This document shows positions 16,734 to 25,266 of a DNA stretch of 32,000 nt, piece after piece. This stretch comes from Acaryochloris marina MBIC11017 (GTDB lineage: Bacteria > Cyanobacteriota > Cyanobacteriia > Thermosynechococcales > Thermosynechococcaceae). The stretch lies in NCBI RefSeq assembly GCF_000018105.1, contig NC_009925.1:600001-632000 (forward strand). Reading direction: 5' to 3'. The notes below the pieces were generated by a model. The model had not been told where the DNA came from and did not search any database. It saw nothing but the letters and a program-made list of their open reading frames with translations. Every line of letters begins with the position of its first letter. Positions within the stretch are counted from its first letter, which is position 1. Both the position numbers and the translations under genes were made by a program.

Positions 16734-18506
16734 TTATGCGGAACGAGTGGCGGATTTAGATGCTAAATAAATTAACGCTAAACAGAGCAAAGCATTGATT
16801 GCTAAAAAGCCCTGGGCAACAGCGGTGCTGCCTAACCAGACGACTTGGGGCGCTATAAATGCACTCACCCCTAAACAGGCCGTAATTCCCACTGAACCGC
16901 CAAGGGCCAACCACTTGAGTTGAGGATGGCTTAGGAAGAGGACAATCAGAGCTAAAGCTGCAAAAACGTTAGCCGTTAAGGGGTTTAATGCATTGGTGCC
17001 CTGAATTGCACTGCCCAATTCGGGTAAGGAGCTTCCCAAAACGCGCAAGGGCCAATGGGGGAGATCCACCAGATGAAAGCAGCGGAGGATAAATAAGCCG
17101 GTGCTACCGAAAACCAGCCCTAACCCCATCGGCCAATTCCAAGGTAAGCGGAATAGGGAGGCGAGCACAGCTGCAACCGCTAGCATAATAAACTTATTGA
17201 CCCAATTGACTGCTCTGGAGTCGAACCAGAAGCGGGGTCCTAAGAATAAGCCATTCCGCAGCCACCCCATAAAGCCGTTGAATCCAAAACTTTTTTGAGC
17301 GGCTAAGCTGACGGCTTTACTGGCGTCTAATTTACCCGTACCAAAGTAATTGGAGGCATCATCTTTGACCGCAGCAGCAGACTGTTTGAGAACCTGTTCG
17401 ACTTGATCTGGGTTTTGGACCCCAATGGATCGAATTAAGGACGCAACGCCCGCCACATGAGGGGCCGCCATGCTGGTTCCTTGGAAGGCGGCAAAGATGG
17501 AAGAGCCATCTCGAGGGTTGATGGTATTTTGCAAAATACCCCCCAAGCTATTGTTGCCTTTAAGGGAGCCCCCAGGGGCTGAAATATCGACCCCAGCCCC
17601 ATAATTAGAGTAAGGTGCTTTTTGGCCTTCCGCATCTAGAGCAGAAACGCCAATGACATGGGGGTAGCGGGCCGGAAATTCTACAGCACTTCTGGCCGCA
17701 TTACCCGCAGCGGCCACAATCACTACCCCTTTTTGATGGGCATATTCAATGGCTTCTCGCATCAGTTCACTTTCGCCCCCCCCGCCCAGGCTCATATTGA
17801 TGATGTCGGCTCCGTTGTCTGCTGCAAAGCGAATAGATTCTGCAATATCTGCGACAGTCCCGGATCCGCCTCGACTTAAAACCTTTAGTGGCATCAGTTG
17901 GGCTTCATAGGCGATACCTGCGACGCCAAAATTATTATTGGTGGATTGAGCGATGGTGCCCGCCACATGGGTGCCATGGCCATGATCATCAGTGGCCTTG
18001 ACCCGATCGTTGACAAAGTCATAGCCAGGGACAAGGCGAGTCCGTTTCAAATCAGCCACGGGAGCAATACCGGTATCAATCACGGCAACGGTTGTACCTC
18101 GCCCCCGACTTGCTTGCCAGGCTGCCTCCATGTTGATGCTTTTGAGATTCCACTGCTTATCAAACTCTGGATCGTTAGGACTGAACGATGCTTGATAGAT
18201 GTAGTTGGGCTCAACAAATTCAGTAAATTCACTAATGCCGGATTCTCTAACCGCTTTGAGGAGCTGCTCATCTCCCTTAGCAATGAAAACATGATCCTGT
18301 AAGGAAAACTCACTGTTATAGGCCAATTTAGTTTGGAATTGTTCTGATAAGTTATTGACCTGCTGTTCAATCTCTGCCGTGGAGAGAGAGTCTTTGAAAT
18401 CAAACACGAGGGAGTCATATTGTCCTTGAGCAGACAGCCCTTGGAAGTTTGCGATCGCCCAACTGAAACCAGCCATAAATAATAGCAACAGCAGCCATTT
18501 TTTCAT
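16734..18506 (-). CDS. Secreted S8 (subtilisin-like) serine peptidase with an I9-like propeptide and a C-terminal polytopic membrane domain of about 190 aa
   Basis: Signal peptide MKKWLLLLLFMAGFSWAIA. Catalytic triad contexts VAVIDTGI, HGHGTHVAGTIA, GTSMAAPHVAG; oxyanion NMSLGG. About 5 hydrophobic helices occupy the last ~190 residues. Confidence 0.9.
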   Translation of the reverse strand: MKKWLLLLLFMAGFSWAIANFQGLSAQGQYDSLVFDFKDSLSTAEIEQQVNNLSEQFQTKLAYNSEFSLQDHVFIAKGDEQLLKAVRESGISEFTEFVEPNYIYQASFSPNDPEFDKQWNLKSINMEAAWQASRGRGTTVAVIDTGIAPVADLKRTRLVPGYDFVNDRVKATDDHGHGTHVAGTIAQSTNNNFGVAGIAYEAQLMPLKVLSRGGSGTVADIAESIRFAADNGADIINMSLGGGGESELMREAIEYAHQKGVVIVAAAGNAARSAVEFPARYPHVIGVSALDAEGQKAPYSNYGAGVDISAPGGSLKGNNSLGGILQNTINPRDGSSIFAAFQGTSMAAPHVAGVASLIRSIGVQNPDQVEQVLKQSAAAVKDDASNYFGTGKLDASKAVSLAAQKSFGFNGFMGWLRNGLFLGPRFWFDSRAVNWVNKFIMLAVAAVLASLFRLPWNWPMGLGLVFGSTGLFILRCFHLVDLPHWPLRVLGSSLPELGSAIQGTNALNPLTANVFAALALIVLFLSHPQLKWLALGGSVGITACLGVSAFIAPQVVWLGSTAVAQGFLAINALLCLALIYLASKSATRSA

Positions 18507-18706
18507 ATCAAATCCTTAGCAAATAAGTTGCTTGTATAACGAACGGTCCAGAGGGTTCAATAGGGTCCGGGCCTAGGAGTAGATTGGATGACTGGGTGCT
18601 AGTCAGTGGGGTGAGAATTAGGACTTCTGTTAAGGGGCTGATTAAAAACGAAGTCAGATCAAAAAACGGTATTTCAGCGATTTTGAGACAGGTTCGTTCT
18701 CCCATC

Positions 18707-19627
18707 TTAATTCTTGTCTGTCTCTTCGGCCAGTTGTGGATCTTGGCCAAGGTGTGTTTGTAAGAACGCTGTAAACAACTGCACCTTGGCAGAAAGATGT
18801 TTACTCACGGGATAAAGGATATGAACTGCGATTCCAGGACTGTCATAATTTGATAAAACCACCTGCAATCGCTCACCTTTCAAATCTTCTCCTACAAGAA
18901 AAATCGGTAACAGCGCAATCCCTAATCCCTTGAGAGTTGCCTGTCGTAGCACTTCTCCATTATTTGAACAGATAGCACCTTGGACTTGAATCCGATGGAT
19001 TTGATCAGGCCCTTTGAGTTGCCAATGATGGAGTGGCTCCGAGTAGCCATAGTGCAAGCAAGAATGGTGCTTGAGTTGATCAGGATGCCTAGGAATACCA
19101 TGTTGCTCAAGATAATCAGGGGCAGCACATAGCACTCTGGGGGCAGGACAAAGGGTGTGAACGATTAAGCTACTAGCTATCGGTTGTGCAGAAATACGAA
19201 TACTAATATCGAACCCCTCTTCGATCGGATCAATAAATCGATCATTTAAAACCAATTCCACCTTTAATTCTGAATGCTGAGTTAAGAAATCAGGCAGGAG
19301 CGGAGCTAAGTATTCTGTGCCAAAAGACATGGGGGCGTTGATTCGCAGGATTCCTTTGGGCTGGGTTTGGTATTGGGTAATGGATTCTTCTGCTTCTGCC
19401 ACGTCTGCCAGAATGGCTTGACAACGCTCATAAAAAGCTAGACCGGTTTTTGTGGGGACTACTTTGCGCGTCGTGCGTTGTAAAAGTTGCACCCCTAAGC
19501 TGTCCTCTAGGTTAATCACCAATTTATTGACTTGCGATCGCGACAGTCCCATTTTCCGGGAGGCTGCTGCAAATCCCCCTGCATCAACCACTTGGGTGAA
19601 GGCATACATACTGTCGAATTTATCCAT
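18707..19627 (-). CDS. LysR-type transcriptional regulator
   Basis: N-terminal w[57 protein letters not shown] plus a LysR substrate-binding domain. ATG at 19625-19627 is preferred over the ORF-track start at 19660. Confidence 0.9.
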   Translation of the reverse strand: MDKFDSMYAFTQVVDAGGFAAASRKMGLSRSQVNKLVINLEDSLGVQLLQRTTRKVVPTKTGLAFYERCQAILADVAEAEESITQYQTQPKGILRINAPMSFGTEYLAPLLPDFLTQHSELKVELVLNDRFIDPIEEGFDISIRISAQPIASSLIVHTLCPAPRVLCAAPDYLEQHGIPRHPDQLKHHSCLHYGYSEPLHHWQLKGPDQIHRIQVQGAICSNNGEVLRQATLKGLGIALLPIFLVGEDLKGERLQVVLSNYDSPGIAVHILYPVSKHLSAKVQLFTAFLQTHLGQDPQLAEETDKN

Positions 19628-19629
19628 CT

Positions 19630-19654
19630 TATTGTCGTAAATAAAGAGACAATA
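19630..19654. promoter_or_regulatory. LTTR-box-like interrupted dyad TATTGTC-N11-GACAATA (candidate recognition site)
   Basis: Perfect 7-bp inverted repeat with an 11-bp spacer. It begins 3 nt upstream of the LysR start codon, within the LysR/pirin divergent spacer. Confidence 0.6.
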
Positions 19655-19670
19655 TGTCACTAAAATATCA

Positions 19671-19695
19671 TATTGTCATTTATAAAGAGTTAGTT
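19671..19695. promoter_or_regulatory. Second half-conserved copy of the same unit (TATTGTC-N4-ATAAAGAG); candidate activation site for the pirin promoter
   Basis: TATTGTCATTTATAAAGAG (19671-19689) repeats TATTGTCGTAAATAAAGAG (19630-19648). It lies 41 bp from the first site and about 70-95 bp upstream of the pirin ATG. Confidence 0.4.
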
Positions 19696-19765
19696 GATGA
19701 TAGATATATCACCGAACTGAAAGAAGTGAATTGTCCTTCCTTTAGGTAAAGAGAGGTCGACTTAA

Positions 19766-20473
19766 ATGATTGATATTCGTCGAGGCCGAGAAAGAGGAAC
19801 TGCAGACTTAGATTGGCTCAAGAGCTATCACACGTTTTCCTTCGGTCAGTACTACGATCCTCGCCATATGAACTTTGGACCCTTGCGGGTGATTAATGAA
19901 GATGTCATCCAGCCAGGCCAAGGATTTGGAACCCATGGTCATAAGAATATGGAAATTATTACCTATGTGCTAGAGGGGGCTTTAGAGCATAGGGATAGTT
20001 TGGGCAATGGCTCAATCATTAAACCTGGCGATGTTCAGAGAATGACCGCTGGCACAGGAATTCAGCATAGTGAGTATAATCCCTCCCTCTCTGATCCGGT
20101 ACACCTATTGCAAATTTGGATAGTTCCTGATGCCGAGGATTTAGAGCCTGGATATGAACAAGTTCGCTTATCAGCAGATCAGCCATTCAATCACCTGTAC
20201 CTGATAGGGGCTAAAAAGAGTCGGCAGGGTGCAGTCACTATTCATCAACAAGTGGATTTATATGCGGCCCAGCTCAGCCGGCAAGGTACTGTTGTCCATC
20301 CGATGCCTGTCCAACGGAAAGCTTGGTTACACGTTGCCAAAGGTGCGATTCAGTTGAATGGGAAGCATGATCTAATAGCGGGAGATGCTGCTGCTATATC
20401 AAATAGCCATGAGATTACAGTTCATGGACAGTCTGAAAGTGCTGAAATCATATTATTCGATATGGTGACCTAG
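19766..20473 (+). CDS. Pirin family protein (bicupin)
   Basis: Typical pirin N-terminus RGTADLDWLKSYHTFSFGQYYDP.....FGPLRVINED and metal ligands in GFGTHGHKNMEIITYVLEG....H.D. Confidence 0.92.
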   Translation: MIDIRRGRERGTADLDWLKSYHTFSFGQYYDPRHMNFGPLRVINEDVIQPGQGFGTHGHKNMEIITYVLEGALEHRDSLGNGSIIKPGDVQRMTAGTGIQHSEYNPSLSDPVHLLQIWIVPDAEDLEPGYEQVRLSADQPFNHLYLIGAKKSRQGAVTIHQQVDLYAAQLSRQGTVVHPMPVQRKAWLHVAKGAIQLNGKHDLIAGDAAAISNSHEITVHGQSESAEIILFDMVT

Positions 20474-20834
20474 ATTGCCAAGAGGTGCTTGTCATCCTGG
20501 GTAAGGTGCTCCATTCAAATATGTATATGACGCTTTACTAAATTCGATCAAAATGTGGCTAGAGAAATAACTGATGTCCTTTCATTTTTTAGCGATAAAG
20601 ATTTATTTGCTAGAGTACTCAACCTGTTTCCACAGCTAAGTTAAGAACATTTGCTTATCTATTCCCAACTCAAAAAAATGCAATAGTCAAAATAAAATCA
20701 GAAGGATTTCCTGAATAAAACCTATTGTTTTGGACCGAATTTTTGGTTCTTGATTATATTAGAGGGAATAGTTGTAGGCAAATCTCTTCTATAAGATTAA
20801 TTTGCCGAGAAATAAATGAGTGGGGGGATGCTGT

Positions 20835-21383
20835 ATGTATGGCTTAGTGAATAAAGCCATTCAAGAAATGGTTTGTGACCATTTTGGTGAGGATGCTTGG
20901 AAAGCGATCAGAGAACTTTCCGAAACTAAATCTGAAAATTTTATTAGCTTGGAGAGCTATCCTGACGACTTGACCCATCGTTTGGTCAAGTCTGCCAGTC
21001 AAGTGCTGGGAATTTCTGCAGCCGAGATCATGGAAGATTTTGGGAAATATTGGGTAAAGTTTACTGGACAAGAAGGGTATGGCGAAATGATGGACCTGGC
21101 TGGTGATGATTTGCCAGAGTTTTTGGGAAATCTCGATGACTTACATAGCCGTCTAGGGGTAATTTTCCCAAAAATGCAACCGCCTTCCTTTCAATGTAGT
21201 GATCAGGAGAAACAGACCTTAAACCTGCATTACTATTCCCATCGAAAAGGAATGGCTCCGATGGTATCTGGATTGGTGGAAGGGCTAGGGGAGCGATTTG
21301 ACACAGCAGTAGAAGTAACCCAAGTCCAAGATCGAGAGCAGGGAGCTGATCACGATGTGTTCTCAGTCACCTATCAGCCCTAG
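20835..21383 (+). CDS. Stand-alone H-NOX (heme-NO/oxygen binding, HNOB) sensor protein
   Basis: [14 protein letters not shown]-terminus; proximal His context [24 protein letters not shown]; Y-x-S-x-R motif as YYSHR. ATG 20835 is preferred over GTG 20820. Confidence 0.9.
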   Translation: MYGLVNKAIQEMVCDHFGEDAWKAIRELSETKSENFISLESYPDDLTHRLVKSASQVLGISAAEIMEDFGKYWVKFTGQEGYGEMMDLAGDDLPEFLGNLDDLHSRLGVIFPKMQPPSFQCSDQEKQTLNLHYYSHRKGMAPMVSGLVEGLGERFDTAVEVTQVQDREQGADHDVFSVTYQP

Positions 21384-23316
21384 TCATCAGACTCTTTTCT
21401 TTCGGCATAGTTTACCGCCAGGGCAATTTGCCACTGCCTTCCCATTCCATTTCGTTCTCAATTCAGATTTAGAGATTATTCAAGCTGGAGACTCTCTTCA
21501 GCATTTACTCCCTAAAATCTGTGGGAGTCAGTTTGAACAGCAATTTGCGATTCAAAGACCCCCTTTGTCACCAGATTTTGCTAGTCTCAGCGAGCCTTGC
21601 CGTTCGTTGTTGATTTTAGATTGCCTTGCTATAAATATGCAGTTGCAAGGGCAGATGGTGTATGTTGTCGAGACTAATTTAATTTTCTTCCTCGGCTCTC
21701 TCTGGGTAACAGAAATCCATGAGCTTAAACCTCTGGGGTTACGGCTTAACCATTTTGCTGTTCATGATCGGGTCTCAGATTTTCTGTTTCTTTTACAGGC
21801 CAAAAATACAGCTTTAAATGAAGCCCATAAGTTGGCGGATGAACGGGCTCAAAAATTAGTGGCTGCTAAGGAGATGGCTGAAAGTGCGAATTTAGCTAAA
21901 AGCACCTTTCTTGCCAATATGAGTCATGAATTGCGAACACCTCTAAATGCAATTTTAGGCTTTTCGCAACTATTGAGTCGGGATTCAACATTGACGGCGG
22001 CTCATCTTCATAAGCTAAGCATCATCAATAATAGTGGTGAACATCTCCTGGCTCTTCTCAACGACATTTTAGAAATGTCGAAAATTGAGGCTGGTCAAAT
22101 TACTCTAGATCCCACCAATTTCAACCTTCATCACTTTTTGGAAGGCCTATATAATTTGTTCCAGCAGAAGGTTTTTTCCAAGAAAATTAATTTAAAGTTT
22201 CAATATTCTAAAACGGTTCCCCAATATATTCAAGCTGATATCAAAAAGCTTCGTCAAGTACTAATTAATTTACTAGGGAATGCAATTAAATTTACTAATG
22301 AAGGGCAAGTTTATCTGAAAGTAGCCAGTCGTATTTATCTCGATGATGCTTACTCTGTAAACCTTCAGGAGCCGACTTGTTTATTAACCTTCTCAGTAGA
22401 GGATACGGGGCCTGGTGTCTCGGAAGAGGATCAAGAGAAGATTTTTCATCCTTTTTACCAAACTGAGTATGGCAAACAGTCCCATCAGGGGGTTCATGGG
22501 ACAGGCTTAGGACTGTCAATTAGTCGTCAATTTGTCAATTTAATGGGGGGAGAACTATCCATATCGAGTCAACTGAATAAGGGAGCGACTTTTTCTTTTT
22601 CAATTCCCGTTAAAGTAAGTACTGCCAGTGCATTGGTACCCACCCTCGAACAGCGTATTCTTCAGGTTCACCCTCATCAACCGATTTTTCGGATCTTGGT
22701 AGTGGAAGATCATGCAGATAATCGATGTTTGTTAGTCACATTACTGGCCACCATTGGCTTTTTGGTGAAATCTGCACAAAACGGCCAAGAAGCTTTGGAA
22801 ATTTGCCAAGAGTGGCATCCCCATTTAATTTGGATGGATATTAAGATGCCTTTAATGGATGGCCTGGAGGCGACTCAACGGATTAGAGCAATGCCTCAGA
22901 TCCCACAACCAGTGATTATTGCTTTAACGGCTAATGCCTTCGATGAAGATAAAGAACGAGCCCTGACGTGTGGCTGTGATGATTTTCTCCATAAACCCTG
23001 TAATGAGACGATTATCTTGGAGAAAATGACGCAGCATTTAGGGGTGAAGTATTTATATGAAGAATTGACTCCTCCGTTGACCCATTGCGACTCTTTGTCC
23101 CTACCTAAACGGAATGATCTTAAGGCTCAATTGCAGGAAGTGATGTCTGAATCATGGCTGAACCATTTGCAGAGTAAGGCCATTAATTTAGATACGGATG
23201 GAATTTTTGACTTGCTAGAAGACATCTCACCTGAATATGAGCATTTAAAAAACCTTTTGGCCTCCCTGGCCAATAATTATCGATGTGATGTAATCCTGGA
23301 ATTGACTCAGCAATAA
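21355..23316 (+). CDS. Hybrid sensor histidine kinase: HNOBA (H-NOX-associated, PAS-like) - coiled coil - HisKA - HATPase_c - REC - helical C-terminal tail
   Basis: [20 protein letters not shown]...[19 protein letters not shown]...HD matches the sGC H-NOXA region. H-box [15 protein letters not shown]; N-box [12 protein letters not shown]; G1 EDTGPGV; G2 GTGLGLSIS. Receiver [10 protein letters not shown]...[11 protein letters not shown]...ALTANA...FLHKP. Confidence 0.9.
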   Translation: MCSQSPISPSHQTLFFRHSLPPGQFATAFPFHFVLNSDLEIIQAGDSLQHLLPKICGSQFEQQFAIQRPPLSPDFASLSEPCRSLLILDCLAINMQLQGQMVYVVETNLIFFLGSLWVTEIHELKPLGLRLNHFAVHDRVSDFLFLLQAKNTALNEAHKLADERAQKLVAAKEMAESANLAKSTFLANMSHELRTPLNAILGFSQLLSRDSTLTAAHLHKLSIINNSGEHLLALLNDILEMSKIEAGQITLDPTNFNLHHFLEGLYNLFQQKVFSKKINLKFQYSKTVPQYIQADIKKLRQVLINLLGNAIKFTNEGQVYLKVASRIYLDDAYSVNLQEPTCLLTFSVEDTGPGVSEEDQEKIFHPFYQTEYGKQSHQGVHGTGLGLSISRQFVNLMGGELSISSQLNKGATFSFSIPVKVSTASALVPTLEQRILQVHPHQPIFRILVVEDHADNRCLLVTLLATIGFLVKSAQNGQEALEICQEWHPHLIWMDIKMPLMDGLEATQRIRAMPQIPQPVIIALTANAFDEDKERALTCGCDDFLHKPCNETIILEKMTQHLGVKYLYEELTPPLTHCDSLSLPKRNDLKAQLQEVMSESWLNHLQSKAINLDTDGIFDLLEDISPEYEHLKNLLASLANNYRCDVILELTQQ

Positions 23317-23375
23317 TCGAGACAGGGCATCTGAGATGGTGTTGTGTGGCCATTCTTAGAGAAGGACGCCTTCAC

Positions 23376-23777
23376 CTAAGGAATAACCATGACAGGGCAA
23401 GGGGCTAAATTAATCACTCGATTACTGACGCTTTCTGCGGCCCCTTCTTCAGTAAGGCCAACGCCTCGGCAACCCATAACAATTAGATCTGCATTAATTT
23501 CATCGGCATAATCACAAATGCAAAAGGCCGGTCTGCCTTCCAGCTTCGTGATTTCAGCGGCAATCCCCCAATCTGAAAAAGCAATTTTTGCATTTTGGAG
23601 GAGTTGGTCAATCGCTTGGTTGTCAGGGGTGCTGTTTTCGGGAGTGTTCTCAGCATCTGATTGTACTGACAGGATGATGAGTTTGCTATCGCAAAATTTC
23701 ACGATTTCGGCTACCTTCTCAGCAGCATCTTGAGAAGCTCGACTTTGATCAATTGGAAACAAAATCGTCTTAAACAT
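23376..23777 (-). CDS. Universal stress protein (UspA family)
   Basis: MFKTILFPIDQS... and the ATP-binding-type motif VMGCRGVGLTEEGAAESVSNRVINLAPCPVMVI. ATG 23777 is preferred over TTG 23786. Confidence 0.85.
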   Translation of the reverse strand: MFKTILFPIDQSRASQDAAEKVAEIVKFCDSKLIILSVQSDAENTPENSTPDNQAIDQLLQNAKIAFSDWGIAAEITKLEGRPAFCICDYADEINADLIVMGCRGVGLTEEGAAESVSNRVINLAPCPVMVIP

Positions 23778-23962
23778 GAAGCTCAACTCCAGGGTACGGA
23801 CTCCGGTAAAATATTCACGGCACGGTATCAGTTCACATTAACAACCAACCCGACCGACGAGTTTGGGTATAGATTTATCCCAACCATCATCATGCCAATA
23901 CCCCATGCGCTCTGCTATGGGGGGTAATAAAACGCAATAGACGCATTTAGGAGATTTTTACT

Positions 23963-25168
23963 GTGTCCAAGAAAACAATAGCCAATTTAACATCGGCAGA
24001 TTTATCTGGTAAGCGAGTTTTGGTGCGTGCCGATTTCAATGTGCCCTTAGATGGCGACGGCAAAATTACAGATGATACCCGCATTCGAGCTGCTCTCCCC
24101 ACGATTCAAGACCTAACGTCTAAAGGTGCTAAGGTCATTCTTGCGAGCCACTTTGGACGTCCTAAGGGACAAGTCAATGAGTCCATGCGCCTAACACCCG
24201 TTGCTGCACGTTTGTCTGAATTGCTGGGTCAAGCGGTCACCAAATGTGATGACTGTATTGGAGATGAGGTGGCGGCAAAAGTCGGCGCATTACAGAATGG
24301 ACAAGTTGCCCTTCTGGAAAATGTACGTTTCCATTCGGGTGAAGAGGCTAATGACCCTGAGTTTGCCCGCCAGCTAGCTTCAGTGGCTGACCTGTATGTC
24401 AATGATGCTTTTGGTACTGCCCACCGAGCCCATGCTTCTACTGAAGGAGTCACGCATCACCTGAGCCCTTCTGTGGCGGGTTATTTAATTGAGAAAGAAC
24501 TGAAGTATCTACAGGCTGCTATTGAGGGCCCTCAGCGTCCTTTGGCCGCTATCGTGGGTGGTTCAAAAGTCTCCAGCAAAATTGGTGTGATTGAAACCTT
24601 GTTAGACAAGGTAGACAAGCTACTGATTGGTGGCGGTATGATTTTCACTTTCTATAAAGCTCGTGGTTTAGCTGTGGGTAAGTCTTTAGTTGAAGAAGAC
24701 AAGCTAGATTTAGCTCGTACTCTAGAGGCTAAGGCTAAAGAGAAGGGAGTCGCTCTGTTATTGCCTAGTGATGTTGTGGTTGCAGATAACTTTGCTGCTG
24801 ATGCCAATGCTCAGACTGTGAGCATCAATAATATTCCTGATGGCTGGATGGGCTTGGATATTGGTCCCAACTCTGTGAAAGAGTTTCAGGCTGCCCTTTC
24901 TGATTGCAAAACTGTGATTTGGAATGGACCGATGGGTGTGTTTGAATTCGATAAATTTGCAGCAGGAACTGATGCGGTTGCCCATAGCTTGGCTGCAATT
25001 ACCGAGACAGGTGCTGACACCATTATTGGTGGAGGTGACTCGGTTGCGGCAGTTGAAAAAGTGGGTGTGGCTGAAAAAATGAGCCATATTTCTACCGGAG
25101 GTGGTGCAAGTCTAGAGCTTTTGGAAGGTAAAGTCTTACCTGGAATTGCGGCCCTTGATGAAGCTTAA
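23963..25168 (+). CDS. pgk: Phosphoglycerate kinase
   Basis: 401-aa ORF with [34 protein letters not shown] and GGGDS motifs. GTG start preceded by AGGAG. Confidence 0.97.
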   Translation: MSKKTIANLTSADLSGKRVLVRADFNVPLDGDGKITDDTRIRAALPTIQDLTSKGAKVILASHFGRPKGQVNESMRLTPVAARLSELLGQAVTKCDDCIGDEVAAKVGALQNGQVALLENVRFHSGEEANDPEFARQLASVADLYVNDAFGTAHRAHASTEGVTHHLSPSVAGYLIEKELKYLQAAIEGPQRPLAAIVGGSKVSSKIGVIETLLDKVDKLLIGGGMIFTFYKARGLAVGKSLVEEDKLDLARTLEAKAKEKGVALLLPSDVVVADNFAADANAQTVSINNIPDGWMGLDIGPNSVKEFQAALSDCKTVIWNGPMGVFEFDKFAAGTDAVAHSLAAITETGADTIIGGGDSVAAVEKVGVAEKMSHISTGGGASLELLEGKVLPGIAALDEA

Positions 25169-25199
25169 GACAGTCATCTAAAGCTATAAAACATAGCGA

Positions 25200-25232
25200 G
25201 AAAGGGGGGCTCAAACGAGCCCCCCTTTCTTG
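25200..25232 (+). terminator. Strong terminator hairpin after pgk
   Basis: Perfect 13-bp stem GAAAGGGGGGCTC (25200-25212) pairing with GAGCCCCCCTTTC (25217-25229), 4-nt loop AAAC, then CTT. The symmetric A/T flanks could allow bidirectional function. Confidence 0.7.
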
Positions 25233-25243
25233 TCAAAAACTAG

Positions 25244-25253
25244 GTCAATGAAT
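25244..25253. repeat. Left copy of the target-site duplication GTCAATGAAT
   Basis: Identical 10-mer at 26784-26793, immediately outside the other IS end. Extending to 11 bp breaks the identity, and 9 bp does not align. Confidence 0.85.
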
Positions 25254-25266
25254 CTGACTTTTCCCG

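Noticed and set aside
17898-18302. 134-aa ORF antisense to the S8 peptidase catalytic domain
   Set aside because: It is embedded in a CDS with unambiguous catalytic motifs on the other strand, and there is no recognisable family.
18508-18750. 80-aa minus-strand ORF spanning the LysR stop and the protease upstream spacer
   Set aside because: It overlaps the LysR 3' end out of frame and occupies the likely protease promoter and 5' UTR. There is no SD and no recognisable family.
21355-21383. The H-NOX/kinase 29-nt overlap as a frameshift splitting an originally fused sGC-like H-NOX-HNOBA protein
   Set aside because: Stand-alone H-NOX proteins of about 180 aa are the bacterial norm. The H-NOX ORF ends at the usual domain boundary, and the kinase has its own ATG. 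Short overlaps are common in coupled operons. Two genes is the more economical reading.
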